Counted from the first letter of the stretch, positions 41,991 to 52,342 are shown. The stretch: 64,000 bases of DNA from Candidatus Krumholzibacteriota bacterium (GCA_963727455.1 CAVSGG010000008.1:128001-192000); one strand, 5' to 3'. Numbers and translations: made by a program. The notes: generated by a model from the sequence alone, not told the origin.

Positions 41991-43486
41991 TGCTGCGATT
42001 GAGACTGTCTCATCAGCTGCTCGTAGTTGGGGGGTCGCTCGCTTTCGGGAAGGAGATCGTACCAGCCCTGTCGGCGGGCGTAGCGGCAGATAGTTTCGTT
42101 TCTGGGATTTAGCTGAATCGCCCGTCTCACCCATTCACGCAGCTGCTGAACTTCTTCAGGGGTATCCGCTCCCCGTTGCATCAGAACCGTGGCCAGACCG
42201 GCGTATCCGTCGGCGATCGTGGGGTCAATCTTCAGTCCCTTACGGATGAGTTTTTCCCCCCCATCCAGATTGTTGTTTCCCGAGATTTCAGCAGCACCCA
42301 ATCCGACCATCGCGCTTGCATTGTCCGGATCACGGTTCAGTACACGAGTGAAACACATCCTGGCCGTGACGAAGTTCCCCAAGTGGAAGTTGGACCAGCC
42401 CACGCCCAATTCAGCCTCCACTGACTCGGGGCGGTCTCGAAGCATCCTCTTGTAGGCATCGGCAGCCAAAGTGTACTTCCGGTCCGCGAGGTAGAACTTG
42501 GCCTGTAGATTCCGGGCCTCCTCGTTCTTCGGATCATGCTCTAGAATCCACTTCAGCTCCTCGTGGGCGCCCTCGTCTTCCCGGTTTTCGAAGAGAGCTC
42601 GAGCATGCTGCATACGCAAGGAGATCTCCGCTTCGAGTAGGGCGTCGTCGGAGGTCCGAGTGAGAAAGGTGCCCAGGGCCAGGACGACGAGAACGCAGGC
42701 ACTGAGCGCAAGCAGTGCCTTGCGTTGGCCTGTGCGAAAGGAGGCGCTGAGCGCGGCAATGCATACGCCGGAGAGAAGTGCCAGCAGGGCGAGCACTGCC
42801 AAATCGAAATTCGAGCCCAGTGGCCAAAACCAAACCACGAACACGAGCACTAAGAGGAGGACTGCGATCGAGCGCGCCTCCTTCCGTCCTCGAAGAACCA
42901 GCAAACTGCTCAGACCCAGAGCGAAGAGCGGGATCACCCCCAGCGAGATGCCCGGCGCAAGCAGAGGAATCTGCCCGCGCCAGAAAAGAAGAATCGAATC
43001 GGTAGGATGCACAGGGAGTAGAACTGCCGAGCCCAGTTGTGTGCTCCTCAAAAGAGGGAGAGCAAGAAGCAGCGCGATGACGGCCCACAGTGCCCAGCCC
43101 AATCCCGACAACTTGCCACCGAAACAGACCAGGGCCAGACCAACTACCAGGACGAGAGTGAGCGCGACATTTCCCGTCTGCAAGCCGCTCAGAATGAGCG
43201 CAGGCCAACAGACGGCCAGAACGATCCCGGCGCTCAGACCAGCTATGGCACCGGCCACCGCCCGCGCACTCCACGCAACCGTGAGGACCAAGAGTCCAAA
43301 CAAGATGGCGGAGAGGGTCCGCGTCCCGTGAGCATCCGGGAAATATTGAAGATTCAGAGAAGCCGGCAGCGCCGCGAGGCGGAGGAAGATCGCCAGGACC
43401 AGCGGTACAACCAAGAGCCAGCGCGGTCCCTTTTGCAACGCAGCGCCAAACCCATGCTCTTGACTACTGGTTTCCTTTTCGCTCAT
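41987..43486 (-). CDS. Polytopic membrane protein with C-terminal TPRs (reduced GT-C/PMT-like N-terminus?)
   Basis: About 9-10 hydrophobic helices then TPRs (DPKNEEARN, RPESVEAELG, DPDNASAMVGLG); ATGA coupling to uvrA. Confidence 0.75.
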   Translation of the reverse strand: MSEKETSSQEHGFGAALQKGPRWLLVVPLVLAIFLRLAALPASLNLQYFPDAHGTRTLSAILFGLLVLTVAWSARAVAGAIAGLSAGIVLAVCWPALILSGLQTGNVALTLVLVVGLALVCFGGKLSGLGWALWAVIALLLALPLLRSTQLGSAVLLPVHPTDSILLFWRGQIPLLAPGISLGVIPLFALGLSSLLVLRGRKEARSIAVLLLVLVFVVWFWPLGSNFDLAVLALLALLSGVCIAALSASFRTGQRKALLALSACVLVVLALGTFLTRTSDDALLEAEISLRMQHARALFENREDEGAHEELKWILEHDPKNEEARNLQAKFYLADRKYTLAADAYKRMLRDRPESVEAELGVGWSNFHLGNFVTARMCFTRVLNRDPDNASAMVGLGAAEISGNNNLDGGEKLIRKGLKIDPTIADGYAGLATVLMQRGADTPEEVQQLREWVRRAIQLNPRNETICRYARRQGWYDLLPESERPPNYEQLMRQSQSQQ

Positions 43487-43591
43487 ATCCGTTCTCTCTC
43501 CTCGGCTCGAGAAGCCGATTCTCGGATGTGGGAATTGGGGCCATGGAATGGCGAAGGTTGCACCTTGGCCTACAGCGACAGGACCGACAGC

Positions 43592-44368
43592 TTAGATCTC
43601 CTCGATCGATGAAGCCGGAACCCAGCCGATCAAGTCACCGCCAAGGTGGATCCGAGTCCATTGGCTCCTTCGCGTGTCCACGAAGACCCGCAGACCTTCG
43701 TGGATTTTAAAGGATAAATTGTAGTTCTCGCCAGGTCCACTCCGCACGTCGACTTCGGTTGCGGTGACAATTGCCGCCTGGTGTCGCAGTTGATTATCGG
43801 CATGAACGACCGTCATCACCGAGCACACGGCTAAAAGACAGCAGAGGGCCCAGATCACTCCGCGACCTCTGAGCCAGGACGGACGCCACCAGGCGCGCAG
43901 AGCACCCACAAGTGCCAACAGCAACCAAAATCCCAAGGCGCCTCCGGTCCATTCATCGAGGCTGAAATAGGAGTACAGCCAGACAACGGGCTTCAGGAAC
44001 AAGGGGATCGAGAGCGGAGCCAGGGCCTCGTCCTTGATCAGCGTCTTGGCCTGTGCGAGATTCTCGCGAGCGGCCGCGTCCCGCGGATTGCGCAGTAGGG
44101 CTCTGCGATAATAGAGGATCGCCTTGCCCACACTGCCCTTCTTGAACCAGGCGTTTCCCAGATTGTAGAAGATGATCTCGTGGTTGAGTCCAGCATCGAT
44201 CGCGGCTTGGTAGTTCTCGATTGCGCCGTCGTAATCTCCTGCTTCGTACGCATGATTTGCCTGCGCCGCCAGGGACTGTGCCTTTGCCAGGTCTCCCGCG
44301 CGGGCGCCGACGACGGCGACTGAAAGCAGAAGCAGAGCCAGCACAAGTCGCCGGGCTAGATCAACCAC
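43592..44368 (-). CDS. batE: BatE-like TPR + SH3 protein
   Basis: Signal peptide, YNLGNAWFK, NPRD..ARENL, two TM, VRSGPG...HEG...GWV SH3b. Confidence 0.85.
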   Translation of the reverse strand: MVDLARRLVLALLLLSVAVVGARAGDLAKAQSLAAQANHAYEAGDYDGAIENYQAAIDAGLNHEIIFYNLGNAWFKKGSVGKAILYYRRALLRNPRDAAARENLAQAKTLIKDEALAPLSIPLFLKPVVWLYSYFSLDEWTGGALGFWLLLALVGALRAWWRPSWLRGRGVIWALCCLLAVCSVMTVVHADNQLRHQAAIVTATEVDVRSGPGENYNLSFKIHEGLRVFVDTRRSQWTRIHLGGDLIGWVPASSIEEI

Positions 44369-46175
44369 GGCCCAACTCCTTTTCCAAGTCGAGCAGAAGG
44401 GACTTCGCCTCAACGCTGAGTCCGGACCCTTCTGCGGTCGAGGCAAAGCGCGCTTGGTCACAGTGGTCAAGCAAGTTCGTCACCCTCGTTTTCAGTTCCT
44501 GAGCGGCGCCCTTGGATTCCAGCCACTCGAGTAGTTCGGAACGCGTGAGTCCGGAAACCGGCCGGCGAGCTTTGGCCCCGAACCAGATCATGAGTGCCTC
44601 GCTCGCCCGCTGAGCATCACTTCCATCGCCAGAGAGGCGGGAGTTGGCGAGCTTTCGCGCCTGGCTCGCGCGGTGGCCCAGGGGGTCGGCCAGAAGCCGC
44701 CTACGCCGCGTGGCCAGAGCGAGTGAAGCGAGCCAGAGCAGAGGAGCCAGAGCCGCGAGCACCCAGGTGGTTCGGCGCAGAATGAGCGGTCCGGGGTAGG
44801 ACCTTAGCTTTCCACTCACGGGCTGGATGTGCAGGATGTCCTGTCCCAGGATCGCAATCTCCGTCTTGCCCCCCGTGGCGAAGGACGAAATGGGAGCCTC
44901 GTCCGAGGGAGAAACCTCGACCTCGACTGGCTTGGTCCTCAAATGCAGATAGCGCCGTTTCTTGGTGTCGAAGTAGACATAATCGACCGGAGGAATGGTG
45001 TAGTTCCCCTCCTTCTGAGGAATGAGCAACTTCTCCACCTTGAGGCTGCCGCGCAGCACCCCTCCCGACGGCCCCGAATCCAAAGAGGAACCCGAGTCAT
45101 GCTGACGAAAGGTCGGCATCTGCGGAAGCTCCGGTTTGGTCGCGGCGGCCAGATAGCCGCTCCCTGAGAGGGTCAGCGAAACTGTGAGGGCGTCACCGAC
45201 CTTGAGACTCTTGCGATCGGTTTTCATACTCAGCTCCAGATCGCTCCCTACCGTGCCTTTGAACCCGTCCGGTGCGCCTGAAGGTAGCTCCTTCACGTAG
45301 ACCGGAATGGATGGCGCGCGCAAGGTAATGTCGCCGCGTGGCGTTTGCCGGCGAAAGAACGAGCCAAAGGGATCTCGGGGAATTCGAACTACTGCCTCGC
45401 CGATCGTGAGCGCACCGCTCCGCGTGGGAAAGAGTGCATAGAGAATCTGCGTAATGTCGTAGGGATACCCCTGAACGTTCATGGTGCTATGTCGCTCGGG
45501 CGGTAGGTCCTCGCGCCAAAAGCCCTCGGTGGTCGGTGGCGTGTATTGCGGGGAATCGAAAAGTCCCCCGCGCATGCCACGGTAAAAGGTGAAGGTGAGC
45601 ACGACTTGTTCCCCGACGACCACCGTGTCCCGATCTACCGTCATGCTCACGAAGTAGTCGTCTCCTGGCCCGCCCGAACTCGTGCTCTTCGTCCCTTTGG
45701 AATGGGGCGCGGTAGGCGAAGTGGAGGGAGTGCTCTTGTGGGCGGGCGCATTCGAAGATCCGGCCGGAAGGACCTCCAGCGGAATCTCCTTCGATTTGTA
45801 GGTGTTCCCATCCGCCACCACCGAGATCGGCTTCAGCTGGTACTTCCCCGGTTCCAGAGGTCTCAAATACCAAGTGTAGGTGTGGCTGGCGTGGACTTTG
45901 CCGTTCACGAAGCTGAAGCTCTGGCTCGTCCCGCCGCCGTAAACTTCGAAGGGACCAAAGTCGGGAAGCTGAGGATCCTCGATATTGCGCACGTCTCCTT
46001 CGATGGTGAGCGTCAAGACCGCCTGCTCCCCCACCGCGAGCTGCGAACGATTTACTGCGGCACTGCACGACACCGAAGCATGAGCGCGTGAGGAAACGCC
46101 GCTCAGGATGAGCGTGCTCAGCAGGAAGCCGAACAAGAGTCTCCTTTGATGGAGTGCGATCGCTCTACCAATCAT
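44361..46175 (-). CDS. batD: BatD family protein
   Basis: Signal peptide, SQSFSFVNG, Ig-like repeats (VVVGEQ, LKVGDALT), YFD, DILHI, C-terminal TM, CDQARF. Confidence 0.87.
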   Translation of the reverse strand: MIGRAIALHQRRLLFGFLLSTLILSGVSSRAHASVSCSAAVNRSQLAVGEQAVLTLTIEGDVRNIEDPQLPDFGPFEVYGGGTSQSFSFVNGKVHASHTYTWYLRPLEPGKYQLKPISVVADGNTYKSKEIPLEVLPAGSSNAPAHKSTPSTSPTAPHSKGTKSTSSGGPGDDYFVSMTVDRDTVVVGEQVVLTFTFYRGMRGGLFDSPQYTPPTTEGFWREDLPPERHSTMNVQGYPYDITQILYALFPTRSGALTIGEAVVRIPRDPFGSFFRRQTPRGDITLRAPSIPVYVKELPSGAPDGFKGTVGSDLELSMKTDRKSLKVGDALTVSLTLSGSGYLAAATKPELPQMPTFRQHDSGSSLDSGPSGGVLRGSLKVEKLLIPQKEGNYTIPPVDYVYFDTKKRRYLHLRTKPVEVEVSPSDEAPISSFATGGKTEIAILGQDILHIQPVSGKLRSYPGPLILRRTTWVLAALAPLLWLASLALATRRRRLLADPLGHRASQARKLANSRLSGDGSDAQRASEALMIWFGAKARRPVSGLTRSELLEWLESKGAAQELKTRVTNLLDHCDQARFASTAEGSGLSVEAKSLLLDLEKELGRG

Positions 46176-47076
46176 GTTTGCTCTTGTTCTCCGTCTTGCG
46201 CAGACGCCGTTGGATGGAACGTCGCAATTCTTCCTCGTCGTGATCGAGGGCATTGAGTAAGCGCAGGGCCTCGGCCGGAGTCATCACTCCCACCTTGCTC
46301 GCCATGCTATCGGACAAAGCGGCTTGCGTCGAGTCGGGGCGCGCGGGCTGTTGCATGGTGCTGTCCTGCGCCGCGGATTGCTGCTCCTGTCGCTTTTGGT
46401 CCTGTTCCTTGCTCTGCTCGTCCTGCTTGCCCTGCTCATTCTGCTGGGGATTCTCCTTCTGCTCCTGCTGCTTTTGGCTTTTTTGGGAGTCCCTCTGCTG
46501 TTCGGATTTGGAGTCCTTGCTCTGTTGTCGCTTTTGATCCTGGTTCTGGTCGCCCTTCTCATCCTTATTCTGCTTCTGATCCTTGCTCTGCTTCTGATCG
46601 GACTTTTGCTGCTGTTTCTTCTGCTTCTCGAGCAAACGCTGTGCGAGTTCCAGATTGTGCAGAAGGTCCGGGCTGGGCTTGCCGGCGAGCAGAGCTTTCT
46701 GATAGAGGGAGAGAGCCTGGGCAGGATCCTTCTTGGCCAGAGCGACATTCCCCGCATTGTAGAGAGCTTGCTGGGTCTGCTCGGGGTCCGCCGCACTGGA
46801 CGCGGCCAGGAACTGGCTCATTGCGCCCTTTAGATCCCCGTCGGCATAAAGGGCCTCTCCCATACCCATGCGATAGTCGGGGTCCTGCGGTCGGTAAGCC
46901 TGGGCGCGAGCGTAGTTTTCGATGGCGGCTTTCGAATCCCCTTGCCTCAACTTCTCGCCCGCCTTCTCCGCGGCGCGCCGGGCTTTCTGTAGCGGATCCC
47001 AGGCGCGCGCAGAAGTGCTCTGGAAAAGGCCGAGGATCAAGGCCAAAAGCAGGAGGTGCCGCGCTCGAAACTTCAT
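46165..47076 (-). CDS. batC: BatC-like TPR protein with Q/K/E/D-rich linker
   Basis: LYNAGN, HNLELA, low-complexity Q-rich stretch, EALRLLNAL...KHDW end. Confidence 0.85.
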   Translation of the reverse strand: MKFRARHLLLLALILGLFQSTSARAWDPLQKARRAAEKAGEKLRQGDSKAAIENYARAQAYRPQDPDYRMGMGEALYADGDLKGAMSQFLAASSAADPEQTQQALYNAGNVALAKKDPAQALSLYQKALLAGKPSPDLLHNLELAQRLLEKQKKQQQKSDQKQSKDQKQNKDEKGDQNQDQKRQQSKDSKSEQQRDSQKSQKQQEQKENPQQNEQGKQDEQSKEQDQKRQEQQSAAQDSTMQQPARPDSTQAALSDSMASKVGVMTPAEALRLLNALDHDEEELRRSIQRRLRKTENKSKHDW

Positions 47077-48077
47077 TCTCCTCTCCTTCGATCACTGAAC
47101 AGGGGCTCCAGGAGCAACAAGAGGAGCGCAGCTGACAATGGCCAAGCATAGCGCTCCTGATACGAGGTGACCCGTGTCGCTTGATACGCTCGGCTCTGCA
47201 GGGAGTTCAAACCGGCGCTCAAACGGGCCAGGTCCAGCCCTCCGCTCCCCGCTCGCACGTAAATACCCCCGGTGTCTCTCGCGAGTTTCACCAGAGGCTC
47301 TTCCTTCAGATGGGTCATCACCACCTGCTGGTTCTCGTCGCGCAGGAAACCCTGTCTCTGGTGATGATCGTCGTAGACGGGGATGGGCGCCCCCCCCGCG
47401 CTGCCCATGCCGATGGGAAACACCACGACCTGAGACTCCTGCAGCTTGCGGGTGATTTCGTCCAGACCGCCGGCGAAGTCCTCGCCGTCGGTCACCAGGA
47501 TGACCGCCCGATAGCCTCCCTTTTCTTCCCGAAACAGCTCGAGAGCAGTGCGCATGGCGGCTTCGATGTTCGTGCCCTGACTTCCGATCATGGTGGGATC
47601 GGCCTGGGACAAAAAGAGCCGAGCCGCCGAGTAGTCCACAGTGAGGGGACACTGGGGAAAAGCGGCACCGGCGAAAAAGACGAGTCCCACGCGGTCCCCG
47701 TGAAGGCCGTCCATGAGATCCGACAATTCGGCTTTGGCTCGTGCCAGGCGGCTCGGTTTGATGTCTTCGGCCAGCATGGACTGTGAAATATCCAGCGCGA
47801 TCACCACATCGCTGCCCTTTTGTTCCACTTCCACCTTGTTCGCTCCCCACTGGGGACGCGCGGCAGCCAGAATCAGCTGAGAGAGAACCAATAGGAGTAG
47901 AGCCGCCCGTGCCGTACGGCGCCGTTCCCTCCGACCCAGAACGAGCTGCTGTTCGAGCGCGGAGCCCGTGAAGGCAATGGTCCTGCGGTGAGCGGACTGC
48001 CGCGCGAAGTAGTAGACCAGCACGAGCAAGGGTAACGCCCACAAGAGCCATAGAATTTCAGGATGCGCGAATCGCAT
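47073..48077 (-). CDS. batB: VWA domain protein BatB
   Basis: MRFAHP, ARPQWG, MIDAS DISQS, TDGED, GAPIP. Confidence 0.9.
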   Translation of the reverse strand: MRFAHPEILWLLWALPLLVLVYYFARQSAHRRTIAFTGSALEQQLVLGRRERRRTARAALLLLVLSQLILAAARPQWGANKVEVEQKGSDVVIALDISQSMLAEDIKPSRLARAKAELSDLMDGLHGDRVGLVFFAGAAFPQCPLTVDYSAARLFLSQADPTMIGSQGTNIEAAMRTALELFREEKGGYRAVILVTDGEDFAGGLDEITRKLQESQVVVFPIGMGSAGGAPIPVYDDHHQRQGFLRDENQQVVMTHLKEEPLVKLARDTGGIYVRAGSGGLDLARLSAGLNSLQSRAYQATRVTSYQERYAWPLSAALLLLLLEPLFSDRRRGE

Positions 48078-48084
48078 GGCTCTC

Positions 48085-49071
48085 CTAGGGCAATACGCGA
48101 TAGACGGTGGCGGAGAGAATCAACTCCAGCACCAAGAGCGCGATCGCCGGCAAGAGGAACAGGCTCGCCAGCTGCCGATAATTCGTGTAAATGGTCGTCT
48201 CCACTTTGCTCTTCGCGAGCGAATCGATGACTTCGAAAATCTGCGCGAGGCTTTCGCCGCTTCGGGCGCGGAAATACTGTCCGCCCGTTTGCTTCGAAAT
48301 TTTCCGCAAGAGTGCCTCATCGATCTGTGTCTTGATCTGGGTATAACGCCGCCCGAGCACGGGATGATCCACCGGATACGGTGCGGTACCTTCCTTTCCG
48401 ATGCCGATAGAGTAGATCTTCACGCCCAAGCTCCGCGCCGCCTCTGCTGCGGTGCTTGGATCGACGGTGGGTACGTTGTTCACACCGTCGGTCAGAAGGA
48501 TGAGGATGCGGCTCTTGGCATCGCTGCGCGCCAGACGCTTGACCCCGGTGGCGATGCCCAGTCCGATCGCGGTCCCGTCCTCGATGAGTCCGACCTGCAC
48601 TTCGTCCAGAAATCTCTTCAGGACCCCATAATCCAGGGTGAGAGGGCACTGGGTGAAGGCCTTGGCCGCGAAGACCACCAGTCCGATACGATCCTGTTTG
48701 CGCCCGTCGATGAACTTTCGAATGACATCCTTGGCGACGGCAAGGCGGTCGTCTGGCTGGAAATCCAGAGCGCGCATGCTTCCACTGATGTCCAGGACCA
48801 GTACAATATCGATTCCCTTGCCCTCGATGACCTGTGTGTGATTCGCGATGACCGGACGAGCCAGGGCCCCCACAGCCAAGGTGACCGCCAACAGCCGCAG
48901 TGCGAACGGGAGTCCACTGGTCTTGGCGCGGCGTCCCGCGGGGAGAGAGGAAAACAAGGTGAGTCCGCTGTAGCTTATGGTGGCCCGGTGTCCGGCGACG
49001 CGGCGCAGAAACCACAGGAGGAACCACGCGACTGGAATCAAGAGCAGGAGCCAAGGATGCAGGAAACTCAT
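48085..49071 (-). CDS. batA: VWA domain protein BatA
   Basis: MSFLHPW, LARP, DISGSM, DGTAIG, LLTDGVNN, TGGQYFRA. Confidence 0.92.
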   Translation of the reverse strand: MSFLHPWLLLLIPVAWFLLWFLRRVAGHRATISYSGLTLFSSLPAGRRAKTSGLPFALRLLAVTLAVGALARPVIANHTQVIEGKGIDIVLVLDISGSMRALDFQPDDRLAVAKDVIRKFIDGRKQDRIGLVVFAAKAFTQCPLTLDYGVLKRFLDEVQVGLIEDGTAIGLGIATGVKRLARSDAKSRILILLTDGVNNVPTVDPSTAAEAARSLGVKIYSIGIGKEGTAPYPVDHPVLGRRYTQIKTQIDEALLRKISKQTGGQYFRARSGESLAQIFEVIDSLAKSKVETTIYTNYRQLASLFLLPAIALLVLELILSATVYRVLP

Positions 49072-49928
49072 CCGGACACCTCCTGCAACCTTACCAGGGC
49101 TCGTACGCTCTCTTGCGTCGTGTAGACGGGCTCCACTTTCGTGTCGTGAATATAGCCTCGGGCCGCCTCGAGCCATTCTCTCGCTTGGTGTTCCGTCGGA
49201 CGGCCGCGGGCGAACTTGATTTCGTCTGCCTGTCTCAAGAGTCCGAGTGCGCTGGTAAACAACTCGGGTTCGTATCCGGCTGCCACGAGGCGTTCCTTGA
49301 TCTCGTTGACGGTCCAATCCAGAGCAGGGACTCGGAACCTGCCCGCAAGATAGGCCCGCAGTGCATGACTCACCGCCACGTAATAGGCGTCGAATTTCCC
49401 CTCCCGCAGCAGACTAGAATCTTCGATCTCTTGCAGTTTGCGTAGCGCAGTAAGGTGCACCGCCTCCGCCACCAGAGGGAACGCGACGGTTCTGCTCTTG
49501 CCACGACGCAACCAGCGCGTCGCCAAATACGCCAGCGGACTCAAGAGCAACAGGATTCCCGCGATGGTTGGCCACCACTTGGGCCGCAGAATTCCGATGC
49601 TCTGCAGCGGCCGGGGCGCCGGCAGGGAATCGGGGTCCATGGTGGCAGGAACCGCGAAAAACAGAGTGTCGCTGCTCCCCGGGAGGGTGGTCCCCACCAT
49701 TCCCACCTGCAGGGGAATCAAGGTGAAAACCGCGGGATCCTCGGTGGGCCGGATCGCGGCGTGAATTCCCACGGGAAATTCGGTGCTGTCCTTGGCCGCA
49801 TGATCGAGGCTAAGGGTCGCGCGTTCACCCAGATGAGGAACGGGTGGATCCAGGCGCATCTTTTCCTGCCCAGCGGCACCGAGCACGATGGAAAGCAGCA
49901 CCAAGAGGACGGATGGCACTCTTCTCAT
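49068..49928 (-). CDS. Bat-operon membrane protein (DUF4381-like)
   Basis: Signal peptide, central TM, ALRKL..RAYL..RF..ADEIKFAR; lies between DUF58 and batA. Confidence 0.78.
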   Translation of the reverse strand: MRRVPSVLLVLLSIVLGAAGQEKMRLDPPVPHLGERATLSLDHAAKDSTEFPVGIHAAIRPTEDPAVFTLIPLQVGMVGTTLPGSSDTLFFAVPATMDPDSLPAPRPLQSIGILRPKWWPTIAGILLLLSPLAYLATRWLRRGKSRTVAFPLVAEAVHLTALRKLQEIEDSSLLREGKFDAYYVAVSHALRAYLAGRFRVPALDWTVNEIKERLVAAGYEPELFTSALGLLRQADEIKFARGRPTEHQAREWLEAARGYIHDTKVEPVYTTQESVRALVRLQEVSG

Positions 49929-50842
49929 CAGCGTCGCTTTCCCCGCCGCGCGAAGAAACGCAGGAGCGGATCGATGACCGGTTGGGTCACGTCGATCTCG
50001 ATGAGGTCACAACCGGCACGTCGCAGACCGCGTTTGATCTCCTGCTGCCGTTCTTGGGCCAGCTCCGCAAATTTCGAGCGCAGCTTCGCATCGGTCGAAT
50101 CCACCAGCAGGAGTTCTCCGGTCTCCGCATCTTCCACCTGGATGAGACCAACGGAGGGAATTTCCCGTTCGCGGGGATCCACCAGATGGATTGCGGTGAG
50201 ATCGTGGCGTCGCGCGGAAACCAGCAGGTCTTTTTCGTAGTCATTCGCCAAGAAATCGCTCATCAGAAAGCAGACGGCCTTGCGCTTTTGAACTCGGTTG
50301 AGAGTCTGAAGCGCGACGCGCAAATCGGTGCCCTTGGCCGTGGGCTCAAAGTAGAGCAGATCGCGGAGAAGCCTGAGGGCGTGGCGCCGTCCCTTGGCCG
50401 GAGGTACGTACAGCTCGACTTTGTCGCTGAAGAGAATCAGGCCGACCTTGTCCCCGTTGCTCACCGCCGAGAAGGCCAAGAGGGCCCCCATTTCTGCCAA
50501 CACCGCGCCCTTGCTGCGCCGTCCGCTACCGAAGCCTTCCGAGGCTGAAAGGTCGGCGAGAAGGAGAATGGTCAGCTCACGCTCTTCTTCGAACTGCTTC
50601 ACGAACGGTGAACCCTGACGCGCCGTCACGTTCCAATCGATGGAGCGCACGTCGTCGCCGGGTTCGTATTCCCTTACCTCCCGGAACTCCACTCCCCTTC
50701 CCTTGAAAACGGAGTGGTACTCCCCGCCAAAGAGCTCCTCGACCGTACGGCGCGTGCGGATCTCGAGACGCCGCACTTGGTCTAGTAGGTCGGCAGGAAT
50801 CCCACTGCCGTGTTGTTTCGTGTCGGGCGAATGGCGCTCCAC
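49928..50842 (-). CDS. DUF58 family protein
   Basis: GEYHSVFKGRGVEFREVREY.PGDDVRSIDWNVTAR, EEREL, SDF. Confidence 0.95.
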   Translation of the reverse strand: MERHSPDTKQHGSGIPADLLDQVRRLEIRTRRTVEELFGGEYHSVFKGRGVEFREVREYEPGDDVRSIDWNVTARQGSPFVKQFEEERELTILLLADLSASEGFGSGRRSKGAVLAEMGALLAFSAVSNGDKVGLILFSDKVELYVPPAKGRRHALRLLRDLLYFEPTAKGTDLRVALQTLNRVQKRKAVCFLMSDFLANDYEKDLLVSARRHDLTAIHLVDPREREIPSVGLIQVEDAETGELLLVDSTDAKLRSKFAELAQERQQEIKRGLRRAGCDLIEIDVTQPVIDPLLRFFARRGKRR

Positions 50843-50860
50843 CTTGGGGTCCTGTCGCGA

Positions 50861-51847
50861 CTAGGGTACTTCGATGTGATCGAACAGCGAGCGAACGATG
50901 TCCTCACTGGTGAGATCCTCTGCCTCTGCTTCGTAGCTCACCGAAATGCGGTGTCTCAGCACCGAGGGGCCCACCGTTTTCACGTCTTCGGGGGTGACGA
51001 AGCCCCGGCCGCGCAAAAAGGCGTGCGCTTTCGCGGCTCGCGCGAGGTAGATCGAAGCGCGTGGGCTAGCACCGTAGGAAATGAGCGCGGTGAGGGAGAG
51101 ATTGTATTCCTTGGGATCGCGGCTCGCTCTCACGATGTCCAGGATGTATTCCTTGATCTTGTCGTCCACATAGATCTCATGAACCAGCTCTCGGGCTTTC
51201 AGAAGCTGGTCGCGCTGCAATACGGGCTGAATTTGTGGAGGATCGGCGCCCACCATGAGATCCATGATGCGCCGTTCCTCGTCGCGCTTGGGATAGTCCA
51301 CGAGAATCTTGAGCATGAAGCGATCGACCTGAGCTTCGGGAAGGGGATAGGTTCCCTCTTGCTCGATCGGGTTTTGGGTGGCGAGAACGAGGAACGGCTC
51401 TTCCAACTTGTAGGTTGTCTCGCCAAGCGTGACCTGAAGCTCCTGCATCGACTCCAGCAGTGCCGATTGCACTTTTGCCGGAGCGCGATTGATCTCGTCC
51501 GCCAGAATGATGTGCGAGAAAATGGGTCCCTTCTTGACCGTGAATTCGCCGCGTTTCTGGTCGAAAATCAGCGTTCCCAAGAGGTCCGCGGGCAAAAGAT
51601 CGGGAGTGAATTGAATCCGCTGGAAATCGGTGCCCAGCGAGGCAGCCAGCGATCGAACGGCCAGCGTCTTCGCCAAGCCCGGGACCCCCTCGAGCAGGAT
51701 GTGCCCTCCGGTGAGCAAGCCGAGCAACAATCCTTCGATCATCGTCCTCTGCCCGACGACCGCCCGACCCACCTGGTCCATGACCTCCTGCACGAAAACG
51801 CCTTCGGATTCGACCCTTGATTGGATCTCCTTTACCTGATTATCCAC
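50861..51847 (-). CDS. moxR: MoxR-family AAA+ ATPase
   Basis: EGVPGLAKT, RIQFTPDLLPAD, ADEINRA, ATQNPIEQEGTYPLPEAQVDRF. Confidence 0.96.
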   Translation of the reverse strand: MDNQVKEIQSRVESEGVFVQEVMDQVGRAVVGQRTMIEGLLLGLLTGGHILLEGVPGLAKTLAVRSLAASLGTDFQRIQFTPDLLPADLLGTLIFDQKRGEFTVKKGPIFSHIILADEINRAPAKVQSALLESMQELQVTLGETTYKLEEPFLVLATQNPIEQEGTYPLPEAQVDRFMLKILVDYPKRDEERRIMDLMVGADPPQIQPVLQRDQLLKARELVHEIYVDDKIKEYILDIVRASRDPKEYNLSLTALISYGASPRASIYLARAAKAHAFLRGRGFVTPEDVKTVGPSVLRHRISVSYEAEAEDLTSEDIVRSLFDHIEVP

Positions 51848-52052
51848 CTTGCAAGCGCCTCCACTGGCTGTGAGAGAAAAACGACGAGGGACCGAAGCTA
51901 TACGCCTCTTCGATCGATGAGGTTCCGATGGCCGGGGGGACAAATTGGGACCTGACGATCCGAATCGTCTCTGGAACTACCGCCGCCCAGGATGGTACTC
52001 TAAACTTCGAATTGCGCGTCGGCAACGTCTGCCGGCCAAGAGGAGCTCTCGC

Positions 52053-52334
52053 ATGCGTATGAGACCCGATAAAATCCAGGATCTCGCCTCGAAAGTGGTG
52101 GAAATGCTACGCGAGGACCCGCGCGTCGAACTCCTCGCCACCGAAAACGCGATTCGGGTCGCCGTGGGTAGTGCGATCCGCGACGATTTGCAGGAAGAGG
52201 ACGAAATCGACCGCGAGGTGGAAAAACTGCTTAGTCGCCACGCGCGCGAGATCGAAAAAGAAGACATGGATCTGAGCGAGCTCCGCCTCAAGTTCAAGAA
52301 GCAGATCGCCAAACAACGTGGCTTCATCATTTGA
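52053..52334 (+). CDS. DUF507 family protein (copy 1)
   Basis: MRMRPDKI...EDEIDREVEKLL...KKQIAKQRGFII; RBS AGGAG. Confidence 0.8.
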   Translation: MRMRPDKIQDLASKVVEMLREDPRVELLATENAIRVAVGSAIRDDLQEEDEIDREVEKLLSRHAREIEKEDMDLSELRLKFKKQIAKQRGFII

Positions 52335-52342
52335 GGGTGCCC

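Noticed and set aside
46370-46630. Repetitive CTG/TTG-rich tract
   Set aside because: Encodes the Q/K/E/D-rich linker of BatC; not a DNA repeat element or CRISPR array.
43592-51847. MoxR-DUF58-BatABCDE as a novel system
   Set aside because: Canonical, well-described gene order; annotated as features only.
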